DNA of 47,142 nt from Candidatus Gastranaerophilales bacterium (GTDB lineage: Bacteria > Cyanobacteriota > Vampirovibrionia > Gastranaerophilales > Gastranaerophilaceae). The notes below the pieces were generated by a model. That model saw only the letters and a list, made by a program, of their open reading frames with translations, ran no database searches and was not told where the DNA came from. Made by a program: the position numbers and the translations under genes. Of the stretch, positions 36,983 to 44,210 are shown one piece after another. The stretch's first letter is position 1. Each line of letters starts with the position of its first letter. The stretch lies in assembly GCA_947589525.1 (NCBI GenBank), contig CANQAW010000001.1, positions 1-47,142 of the forward strand, written 5' to 3'.

Positions 36983-37321
36983 ATGGCAACAACAAAAACA
37001 AAAACAGAAAAAATTATAGAAGATATAACTTACGCATCAAGCAATCAATCAATTTCAAGACGTGTAATTTATGAATTTAAAAATTTAAAAGTTATGTTGG
37101 AACTAAAATCGGATAGTTACAGAGGACAATGTTATGCAAGAGCATCAGTTCTTGATAACTTGGAATGGCGTGTTATTTATTTTATTCCACATGCAGAAAT
37201 GAGAACTCCGGAAGGACTTTGTCATTATCTTCCATACAGAGACACTAAAGCTCCAAATGCAAAAAAAGAATTCGACAAAGATATCGAGCGTTTAAAAAAG
37301 TATATTTCAGAACTTCTTTAA
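36983..37321 (+). CDS. hypothetical protein (112 aa)
   Basis: An ORF with an RBS-like GGAGA upstream. No family recognised. Confidence 0.45.
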   Translation: MATTKTKTEKIIEDITYASSNQSISRRVIYEFKNLKVMLELKSDSYRGQCYARASVLDNLEWRVIYFIPHAEMRTPEGLCHYLPYRDTKAPNAKKEFDKDIERLKKYISELL

Positions 37322-37416
37322 TGTGTCGAAATGATACTGAATAGTCTTTAATCACTTGAATTAATGACTATTCAGAGGCATTAATGTCAATGTAAATAAA
37401 CGAAAGGCGGCATATT
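37322..37416 (+). repeat. intergenic element R copy 3
   Basis: TGTGTCGAAATGATACTGAATAGTC.., a 10-bp stem at 37337-37346/37366-37375 with a 19-nt loop, then CATTAATGTCAATGT. Confidence 0.85.
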
Positions 37417-37722
37417 ATGACAGTAGAAAATTTAAAAGATTTTGACAGAACATTATTTGGAACAAAGATTGTAAACTTCAATACTCAAAAACTAGGTTTA
37501 ATCCTTTATACTTGGACAAACGTTTATGCCGATGCACATATCCCGTTTGCAACATGTGTTGATGAAAATGGCAAAAAATATAATGTATCAATGGATGACA
37601 TCAGAGCAATTGAAGATTTAGATGAAGACGAACTTCAAGAATTAGGCTTAAGGTATAAGGAGATAAACTATGAAATTAAAAATTATATTTCAAAAAGACA
37701 AATATATTGTTGGAATTACTGA
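37417..37722 (+). CDS. hypothetical protein (101 aa)
   Basis: An ORF after GAAAGGCGG. Its 3' end overlaps the next small ORF, so the true stop region is uncertain. Confidence 0.4.
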   Translation: MTVENLKDFDRTLFGTKIVNFNTQKLGLILYTWTNVYADAHIPFATCVDENGKKYNVSMDDIRAIEDLDEDELQELGLRYKEINYEIKNYISKRQIYCWNY

Positions 37723-37840
37723 AGATGGAAAATTATTCGAATCATACGGAAACACATATACAAGAAATATCCTTGGAGCAGCAGGGTTGTATATTCAAGA
37801 ATTACAAGCAGAAATTGCAAAACTGAAAGGTAAAAATTAA
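37670..37840 (+). CDS. small ORF (56 aa)
   Basis: Below the track cutoff. AAGGAG lies 6 nt before the ATG. MKLKIIFQKDKYIVGITEDGKLFESYGNTYTRNILGAAGLYIQELQAEIAKLKGKN*. Confidence 0.4.
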   Translation: MKLKIIFQKDKYIVGITEDGKLFESYGNTYTRNILGAAGLYIQELQAEIAKLKGKN

Positions 37841-37842
37841 TT

Positions 37843-37989
37843 ATGAAAGTCGAAGAGTTAATTAAACAATTAAAAAAATGCAATCCCGATGCGGATGTTG
37901 AAGTTATCGATATTGAAGGCAATTACAGCTGTGATTTATTACAAGTTGAAGATAACGAAGACAGAGTATATTTTTATGTAGAGTTATAA
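37843..37989 (+). CDS. small ORF (48 aa)
   Basis: Below the track cutoff. MKVEELIKQLKKCNPDADVEVIDIEGNYSCDLLQVEDNEDRVYFYVEL*. The start lies 2 nt after the previous stop. Confidence 0.4.
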   Translation: MKVEELIKQLKKCNPDADVEVIDIEGNYSCDLLQVEDNEDRVYFYVEL

Positions 37990-37994
37990 AAAAA

Positions 37995-38024
37995 GCTCTA
38001 ATGCAAATCAACAAACATTAGAGC
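37995..38024 (-). terminator. rho-independent terminator of the early (mor-ending) transcript, at the convergence point
   Basis: GCTCTAATG-12 nt-CATTAGAGC. On the minus strand it is followed by T7 (the complement of A7 at 37988-37994). It lies 30 nt downstream of the mor-like stop. Confidence 0.6.
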
Positions 38025-38053
38025 AAAGAAGTGATGAATATTTTACATTTCGA

Positions 38054-38362
38054 CTATTTAGGGAGTGGAGGTTTTTTGGCTTTTCTTAATTCTTTTCTTA
38101 TCACTGCCTCAACGTGTCTTTGAGACAATTCGCATTCAATAACTAAGCGATTTAAGGTCATTTTTGTGCCGTCATATTCTTTTATAATGTAACGCTCTTT
38201 TATCTTTTTTAATGCGTGTTTTGGAATATTTACTATCAATCCCGGTAAACAAAAAATTAAGGTCAAAGCGGTTTTAATCCCTGCACATTGTGCAACGAAT
38301 TTTAAGTCATCGTTTGGCATATCTTCAATTGTAATATTTTCCATCCATGGCTTAAATTCCAT
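38054..38362 (-). CDS. Mor/C-family transcription activator
   Basis: 102 aa. ..GIKTALTLIFCLPGLIVNIPK....IKERYIIKEYDGTKMTLNRLVIECELSQRHVEAVIRK fits the Mor family layout with its C-terminal HTH. Confidence 0.65.
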   Translation of the reverse strand: MEFKPWMENITIEDMPNDDLKFVAQCAGIKTALTLIFCLPGLIVNIPKHALKKIKERYIIKEYDGTKMTLNRLVIECELSQRHVEAVIRKELRKAKKPPLPK

Positions 38363-38452
38363 AGCTCTCCTCTTGTTATTTATACGGTCTCGTCAGTTGG
38401 AGCCTTACTCCAAGACGGTCAGCTTGCACTGTTAGCCGACCGTTTCGACCTG

Positions 38453-38764
38453 TTAGCCTGCCATTGCCATTGTTGGCATTGGAGTAAGCATAGATTCAAA
38501 GTCTTGTCGCAATTTAGAAAGAATTGCGATTTGTCCCTCAATTACCTTGCAAGCAATTTCTCTTTCCTTTGCCATACTCCAGTTGTCTTTATCCAGAGTC
38601 GCATCAGCAAACTTCAATTTTGCATCATAGAGTTGGTTCGTAAGGTTATCTGACATGTTGTTAATTAGTGTCATAATTGCACATTCTTTCGGTTCTTCAG
38701 GGGCGATTTCCCCGAAGAATTGCTTGCTTACCATTTTTGAATTGTCATTTTTTTCTGAATTCAT
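38453..38764 (-). CDS. hypothetical early protein
   Basis: 103 aa. No family recognised. Confidence 0.4.
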   Translation of the reverse strand: MNSEKNDNSKMVSKQFFGEIAPEEPKECAIMTLINNMSDNLTNQLYDAKLKFADATLDKDNWSMAKEREIACKVIEGQIAILSKLRQDFESMLTPMPTMAMAG

Positions 38765-38791
38765 TTTTTTCTCCTTCTATTTTTCTACTAC

Positions 38792-39244
38792 TCAAAGTGT
38801 GGCCGCACTCTTCTTTATTTTTAAATTCTTTTTTATAGCCTGTAGAGCCTGAATAACCTTACAGGCTTTGGCTTTAGTTAGGAACATAACGTCATCAACT
38901 TTAAACTTGGATTTTAAAAACTTTCTAAGGGATTTTTTTGCAAACTCGTCATTGTCGTGATAACAAATCTCACGCCATATACCTTCAATCATTCGAAGTT
39001 GTGCATCGCTTGCCATATTATCGCTACGATGTAAAGTTTCATATTTTTTTAAGCGTTTTTCCCAACGGTTTATAGCAACAGCTTTTTCTTCCAAGATTTC
39101 AATAAAAATAATCGCTTCTGTATAGGTTAAATTTTTAGAAGTCTGAACATCAAAAGATTTAAGCATTTCACGATATAAATCGTCATTTAGTCCAAGAGCA
39201 TTTTTTAATGTATGGATTTTTCTAATTTGAGAAGTCGTAGCCAT
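38792..39244 (-). CDS. Mu gp16/GemA-like (DUF1018-type) protein
   Basis: ..QIRKIHTLKNALGLNDDLYREML..FDV.TSKNLTYTEA..FIE.L......ASDAQLRMIEGIW.....LRKFL...F.V.D..FLT...A.KVIQAL fits the family pattern. Confidence 0.75.
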   Translation of the reverse strand: MATTSQIRKIHTLKNALGLNDDLYREMLKSFDVQTSKNLTYTEAIIFIEILEEKAVAINRWEKRLKKYETLHRSDNMASDAQLRMIEGIWREICYHDNDEFAKKSLRKFLKSKFKVDDVMFLTKAKACKVIQALQAIKKNLKIKKSAATL

Positions 39245-39395
39245 ATTCGATTTTTATATCCTCAAGTTGAAGTTCTCTACCATGTTTTATTCCGATTTGC
39301 ACTCCCAAGATAAAGATGGCAAGGGCGATTAAAAAAATATATAATGCGGTAGAGTCGGGTCGGAATAAAAACTTACCGAAGTATCTATTTCTCAT
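39222..39395 (-). CDS. small membrane ORF (57 aa)
   Basis: Below the track cutoff; hand-translated as MRNRYFGKFLFRPDSTALYIFLIALAIFILGVQIGIKHGRELQLEDIKIEYGYDFSN*. GAAGG lies 8 nt upstream. It fills the gap between the MuB-like and GemA-like genes. Confidence 0.4.
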   Translation of the reverse strand: MRNRYFGKFLFRPDSTALYIFLIALAIFILGVQIGIKHGRELQLEDIKIEYGYDFSN

Positions 39396-39408
39396 AATTT
39401 AACCTTCA

Positions 39409-40293
39409 CTACACCATCAATAACTTAGAAGTATGTTTAATCACAGCATTATCGACCTCAGCTTTGCCATTGAATTTGGCAATGCTAATACTGTGAGAAA
39501 TAAGATGTTCCAATCTTCTTGTATTACCACCTGAATACTGAAGATAGGTTTCAGCCAGTTCGGTATTTTGCTCAATGGTTTCAAGGATTTTTATTACATC
39601 CTGAATGAGCAAGCTATCAATTATTTTCGTGTATTTTACTCTTGAATACAGTTGGTCATATTGGTTGTTATAACCTTTTAGGTTTTCAAGTAAAATACCT
39701 CTTCCGATTAACAGGACACCAACGCCTGTTTTATCGTGAATTCTTCTAGTAATTTCTAATGCTCGGTACGGAAGATTTTCGGCTTCGTCAATAATTAAAA
39801 GTCTTCCTGATTGATTTAACTTTCTTACGACTTCGCCCATCAAATCATATACAGAGCCTTTACCTGAAAGTCCGAGCCTCCTGTGTATTTCCTTTAAAAG
39901 AGATTTTGCCGTATAGCCTGAATCACTTTCAATTAATATTGAATCCAAGAATTCCTGAGTGTATTTTTTTACGGCAACGGTTTTTCCCAAGCCGGCACGA
40001 CCTACACAAACTCCGATTTTACCTTGCGTATGGCATAAACGAGCTATTTCGGAAATGTATTTTACGATAGATATATTTACGAACGGCAAATCGTTTTCTA
40101 CGGCACGTTCACGTTCCCTTTGAATAAAATTATTTATTGCATCGGTAACTTTGTCATTCTTACCGTTATAAGTACCGTTTAACCACATACTAATTGTAGA
40201 TTTTGCAAGTCCTGTTGCAGTTGAAATATATGCGGTACTATAACTATTCTTTTCCATTAAATCTCGAAGTTCGGCTCTAATATCCATACGCAA
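39409..40293 (-). CDS. MuB-like AAA+ transposition ATPase
   Basis: N-terminal HTH (..ISTATGLAKSTISMWLNG..), Walker A GRAGLGKT, Walker B LLIIDEAE. Overlaps the transposase stop. Confidence 0.8.
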   Translation of the reverse strand: MRMDIRAELRDLMEKNSYSTAYISTATGLAKSTISMWLNGTYNGKNDKVTDAINNFIQRERERAVENDLPFVNISIVKYISEIARLCHTQGKIGVCVGRAGLGKTVAVKKYTQEFLDSILIESDSGYTAKSLLKEIHRRLGLSGKGSVYDLMGEVVRKLNQSGRLLIIDEAENLPYRALEITRRIHDKTGVGVLLIGRGILLENLKGYNNQYDQLYSRVKYTKIIDSLLIQDVIKILETIEQNTELAETYLQYSGGNTRRLEHLISHSISIAKFNGKAEVDNAVIKHTSKLLMV

Positions 40294-42298
40294 CTCCTTT
40301 TTCAGCTAAATTGTTATTTGAAAGGGCATACTTTTTCTTCATATTTATTCCCTCTTCCTCAAGGATTTTGTCTGTTTCAAATAAATAAAGCGTTTCCTCA
40401 TATTGAGGGTTTTTATCAAGAAAAATAGACAAATCCTGTCTGCCAAATGCTTCCATTTCTTTATTTTTGCGAATTGCCTCATCCATTTTGGTATTGGCAA
40501 TTATGGAAACATTTGTTTTCTCTTTTGGTTTTGAATCCTTTATTACGGAAGAATATGCGACCTTATAATTGTCACAGATTTCTTCAAGACCGATTTCACG
40601 ATTTTGTTTTATGTATGATTTTGCTACGTTCAAATGGCGTTTTTTAGCTGCCATTGCTTCCTTAAATTCTTCTTTTGATATTTCATTTGCGTGTAATGCA
40701 GCCACAGCCTTAACTGCCGTAACTTTACCGACAAATTCCTCGTTATCAGCCCTGAACACCCAAGCCTCTTTATAATTTTGGACATCTCTGCGGAGATAAA
40801 CCTTTAATCCCGTTTTTGACATCATCCAATCTGCCCAGTAAGTAATACCGAATTCGCTGTCTTTGATGCCGTTTCTTCCGATAGTAAAGTTCTTTGATGT
40901 TCTCATACAGAACAGTTTTAATGCATCACGTGAGGTTGTAATCTTACCTTCAAATTCCATATCAAATAATTCATCAGGGGATAAGCCTTGCAGGTTTTTA
41001 CCTCGTGATGGTTTTTTATTTAAAATATTGATAACGAAATCATCAAAGATAGTCTTAAACTTTTCAAATGGAATTATTTTTCCGGCTTTTATTTCTTTTG
41101 CAAGTTTCTCTGGTCTTTCGACAACATTGCCGCCACGATAACCAACAGAATGTTTTGAGATTAATTCTTTAATTTTCAAGAAGTCTCTTTCTATTGGTTT
41201 AGTCTGTGCATTATACGGTAATGCAAAATGCACTTGAACATTTAACTCATCAAGCATAGATGTTGTTCTTGACTTGTTCGTGTCTATTTTTATAACCTGT
41301 CTGCCTCCGGCAAAATCTTTACAACGATAATCTTTACCGTTATCAATAATTACATCTTCAGGTAAACCAAAGGCTTCTGCTGCGTAGTAGAATGCCTGAA
41401 ATATTCTGTCAGAATTCGGACTACCGCAAGCTAAAAGCCAACCGAGCCATTTGCCTGATTTGTAATCTCGCCAAGCCGTAACCCAAGGAAATACGACATT
41501 GCCATCCGGTCCAAGACAAGCTACATCAATTTGAGCGTGGTCTGATACCCATACTTTGCCGGATATAATATTTGAATAATCTCTGTCAACATAGCATCCA
41601 TATTTACGATTCCATGCACTTTGTCCCTTGCGTGCTAAATATACACTTTGTTTTGGAATCATTTTGTCTAATTTTCTTTTAAATGATGTATGGCTTGGAA
41701 ATGATTCTCTACTACAACCAAAATTTTTGATTGCATATCCAAGTGTTAATTCCCAACAACTTAATAATGATGGCGAACCTTCAACTAAATACAAGCTCTT
41801 AAAATAATCAAATAATTCATCCGATACGGTTGATTTATCTGCCCTTGAACCATATCTTGCTAATAACCCTTCAATACCATCACTTTTGTATCGTTTACGC
41901 ATTTTAATTACAGAAGGATACGAGGTTTTATATTCAGGATTTTGGACATTCCAGTTTAATATAAATCGTTCAAGAGCATTTCCCTTTAGATATTTTGATT
42001 CTTTGATTATTCTTATATATTTATCAGCTTGCAGTTTAGCCCATTCAGGTGCATTGGTATAACTTTCAGATTCTATAATTTTGTCTTGAGATATATTCTG
42101 TTCTTTTAATTCTTCAGGTAATGAATCGACATGAATGTAGTAAGTAAGACGTTTCCCAATTTTAATAATTTTATGGATATATTCTCCGCATCGACAACGG
42201 TCTTTCAATGTTTTAGGCTTGATTAATAAAATGTTGCAAGCCTCATCTTCTGAAAGCCATTCTTTTGAGTTGTTAATAATAGGATTATAGTTCAGCAT
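40277..42298 (-). CDS. MuA-type DDE transposase
   Basis: 673 aa. N-terminal HTH region and a DDE core: VWVSDHAQIDV .. VIIDNGKDY .. YNAQTKPIERDF. Confidence 0.85.
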   Translation of the reverse strand: MLNYNPIINNSKEWLSEDEACNILLIKPKTLKDRCRCGEYIHKIIKIGKRLTYYIHVDSLPEELKEQNISQDKIIESESYTNAPEWAKLQADKYIRIIKESKYLKGNALERFILNWNVQNPEYKTSYPSVIKMRKRYKSDGIEGLLARYGSRADKSTVSDELFDYFKSLYLVEGSPSLLSCWELTLGYAIKNFGCSRESFPSHTSFKRKLDKMIPKQSVYLARKGQSAWNRKYGCYVDRDYSNIISGKVWVSDHAQIDVACLGPDGNVVFPWVTAWRDYKSGKWLGWLLACGSPNSDRIFQAFYYAAEAFGLPEDVIIDNGKDYRCKDFAGGRQVIKIDTNKSRTTSMLDELNVQVHFALPYNAQTKPIERDFLKIKELISKHSVGYRGGNVVERPEKLAKEIKAGKIIPFEKFKTIFDDFVINILNKKPSRGKNLQGLSPDELFDMEFEGKITTSRDALKLFCMRTSKNFTIGRNGIKDSEFGITYWADWMMSKTGLKVYLRRDVQNYKEAWVFRADNEEFVGKVTAVKAVAALHANEISKEEFKEAMAAKKRHLNVAKSYIKQNREIGLEEICDNYKVAYSSVIKDSKPKEKTNVSIIANTKMDEAIRKNKEMEAFGRQDLSIFLDKNPQYEETLYLFETDKILEEEGINMKKKYALSNNNLAEKGVAYGY

Positions 42299-42518
42299 CT
42301 ATTACTTCGTAGTCCTTTATTTTAATACCCAACAAACGTTCTATGACAAAAATATCAATTTCCAGTCTGTTTTTCTCACCCGTAAAGTGTCTGCTTACAA
42401 TGCTTTTAGATAGATGTAATTCGTTTTCAATTTCTCTTGACCTAAGATTAATTACAGCAATGATTGTTTTGATAACGAATTGTTTTTTGCATAAATTACA
42501 AATTTCCATAATACTCAA
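42285..42518 (-). CDS. Ner/Cro-like small HTH regulator
   Basis: 77 aa directly upstream of and overlapping the transposase. HTH ..LRSREIENELHLSKSIVSRHFTGEK... Confidence 0.5.
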   Translation of the reverse strand: MSIMEICNLCKKQFVIKTIIAVINLRSREIENELHLSKSIVSRHFTGEKNRLEIDIFVIERLLGIKIKDYEVIDAEL

Positions 42519-42695
42519 TTCCTCTCTTGTATATAGTTAAGCGACCTATATTCAAGTAATGGTTTTTATTTGAAATATTTGAACCAGATGTTTGATTGAT
42601 TTTTTGCACAGCAGAATTTCCCCCTGTAAAAGAGGTATTTTCGGGTGTAAAAACATCTACCTGATTATCTTAATTATATTAAATGCAAGAGTATT

Positions 42696-42719
42696 TAAAA
42701 GCCTTGTGCAAAGTGCTTT
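42696..42719 (-). repeat. repeat B copy 3 (inverted)
   Basis: The reverse complement reads AAAGCACTTTGCACAAGGCTTTTA, a 21/24 ungapped match to 8895-8918. Confidence 0.8.
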
Positions 42720-42720
42720 T

Positions 42721-42732
42721 GAGAATATTCTC
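42721..42732. promoter_or_regulatory. perfect 12-bp palindrome GAGAATATTCTC
   Basis: Self-complementary sequence abutting repeat B copy 3, in the gene-free 326-bp spacer between the two transposition modules. Confidence 0.4.
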
Positions 42733-42844
42733 ACAGCAAATGCACTAATATCGTTTTTTAAATTTTGCAAAAAACATTATTTTTTTATGTCGATATTAAC
42801 TAAAAAGGGATTTAAAAAATTAGGGAAAAGTTTATTAAGAAATA

Positions 42845-43528
42845 TTAAGAAATTAGATTGTTTTTTAAATCAGAATACAATTCCTCGAAACTTTTTTCTC
42901 TTCGCCAAAGACTTTCTGCCAATCTTTGATACAAATAAACTTCATTCTGATTATGACTTTCAATTCTTGCAAGATAGCAATACATCTTTTTGAATTCTTG
43001 CTCTTCTTCCTGTGTAAAATTATTCTCTCGCTTTGCTTGGAGCGGTTTCTTTGTTACAAAAATTTTGTTATTGTAGTTATAGAAATACGCATATTTCTCA
43101 AAAAACTTTCTGAACCTGAATTTTTGTGGATTTTTACAGTAATGGTTAACTAACTCATTTAATTGTCTTTCATAAATCAAATTCCGAAATATCTTGTAAA
43201 AATCCGCAATGCAATTATCCCCGACACCCGTTAAATATGAAACTTTTATTGTTGGTAATTCTGCACAAAAACTTCTCATTATTAAATCAACAGTTTCGGG
43301 AGAATGATACATGAACATCAGTTTTAAATTTTTAGATTCAATTCCGTTTTTAGTTGGTAATTCTTCTATCGCAGAATAAATTCCGTCTTTTTCTTGAATT
43401 TTATTTTCGTTGATTAAAAATAGTAAAATCACTTCTAAAACAGAAGGTTCAATATCCATCAATTGTGTAATATCGTTAAGCGTACAGTTTTTCAATCTTT
43501 TGCACAGTTTTAAAATTCTGTCTTTCAT
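42845..43528 (-). CDS. hypothetical protein, N-terminal winged-helix-like; third gene of the second transposition module
   Basis: 227 aa. The N-terminus ..LNDITQLMDIEPSVLEVILLFLINENKI.. looks wHTH-like. The C-terminal ..FKKMYCYLARIESHNQNEVYLYQRLAESLWRRE.. loosely recalls the C-termini of IS1595-type proteins, but no DDE core was seen. Confidence 0.35.
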   Translation of the reverse strand: MKDRILKLCKRLKNCTLNDITQLMDIEPSVLEVILLFLINENKIQEKDGIYSAIEELPTKNGIESKNLKLMFMYHSPETVDLIMRSFCAELPTIKVSYLTGVGDNCIADFYKIFRNLIYERQLNELVNHYCKNPQKFRFRKFFEKYAYFYNYNNKIFVTKKPLQAKRENNFTQEEEQEFKKMYCYLARIESHNQNEVYLYQRLAESLWRREKSFEELYSDLKNNLIS

Positions 43529-44207
43529 TTAAAATTCCTTTCAAAATATATTCGTCTAACTCTTTTAAATCATTTGTTTCCGATAATTTTTCGAGCCGTT
43601 CTATTAATTTAATCAACTGTCGGAACTGATTTGTTCGTGTTGCAAGATAGTTAACAGCATCAGGTGTAAAGTTTAGTTCGGTTAATTGCTCCAATATTTC
43701 CCTGATATCTTCCTGATTAAAATGTTCAAATTTTAATTTCTGATAAATCCTGTCCTCAAAGTGTTTAAACCTTGCAATCTTTTTATCCATCATCCCCATT
43801 CCGACAAGCACTATTGGAGTGCCGCTGTTGTCTTGAATATCCCGTAAAATTTCAATCACGTTTTTATTCCCTATAAGATAGTCTGCTTCGTCAACAATAA
43901 TTATTTTTGGCTCTTGCTTTAAATGTTTTAAAATCAAACTGTAATTTTCTTGCATTTGGTAAAACGGTCGTTCTCCAAGTTCTTCAACAATTCCTTTTAA
44001 TAATCCGTTTTGGGTAATTTCATTGTTTGCTCTAATATATACGGCATCATTCCTTACCGCCCACCACATTATAGAATGTGTTTTACCCAAGCCATGTTCG
44101 CCATAGACTAATGCCAACTTCGGAATGTTTGGCGGAAGTTTTTGCAACTTATCCATTAAAGTTACAAAGTTTTTCACATTTTTTGTTTTTACAAATACGT
44201 TTTTCAT
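43476..44207 (-). CDS. AAA ATPase, TniB / Tn552-ATPase / MuB-like (short form)
   Basis: 243 aa. Walker A GEHGLGKT, Walker B IIIVDEAD. Lies 3 nt downstream of the transposase stop. Confidence 0.75.
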   Translation of the reverse strand: MKNVFVKTKNVKNFVTLMDKLQKLPPNIPKLALVYGEHGLGKTHSIMWWAVRNDAVYIRANNEITQNGLLKGIVEELGERPFYQMQENYSLILKHLKQEPKIIIVDEADYLIGNKNVIEILRDIQDNSGTPIVLVGMGMMDKKIARFKHFEDRIYQKLKFEHFNQEDIREILEQLTELNFTPDAVNYLATRTNQFRQLIKLIERLEKLSETNDLKELDEYILKGILNERQNFKTVQKIEKLYA

Positions 44208-44210
44208 AAT

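Larger units (their letters stand above)
8876..42735. mobile_element. Mu-like transposable prophage (myovirus with a P2-type tail); boundaries approximate
   Basis: Contains MuA/MuB/Ner/GemA/Mor-like early genes and Mu-type gp27/gp28/gp29/MuF/gpG/gpI/gp36/gp37 late genes, plus sheath, tube and baseplate. The ends are proposed from inverted repeat B (8895-8918 versus 42696-42719). No target-site duplication could be confirmed. Confidence 0.75.

Noticed and set aside
35515-37416. Integron attC sites, sigma-70 promoters or intrinsic terminators as explanations for the R elements.
   Set aside because: There is no IntI-type integrase nearby and no GTTRRRY core. The best -35/-10 candidates (TTGAAT-17 nt-NATTAA) lack the critical -10 positions. 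The stems are not followed by U tracts. The function is left open.
8883-42740. A 5-bp target-site duplication flanking the proposed prophage ends.
   Set aside because: The left flank is TCTTT (8883-8887). The right flank is GCAAA or CAGCA, depending on the chosen CA terminus. They do not match, so the boundaries stay unconfirmed.
42924-42933. A 10-mer TTGATACAAA matching the reverse complement of the putative right end at 46283-46292.
   Set aside because: It lies inside the coding sequence of the 227-aa gene. A 10-mer match is within chance expectation for AT-rich DNA; another chance 10-mer match to repeat B was seen at about 25620.
42592-42993. A 133-aa plus-strand ORF in the spacer between the two transposition modules, considered as a possible divergent repressor.
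   Set aside because: It has a TTG start and a low-complexity Ile/Phe/Lys-rich sequence. It spans repeat and palindrome DNA and overlaps the 3' end of the 227-aa minus-strand gene. It does not look coding.
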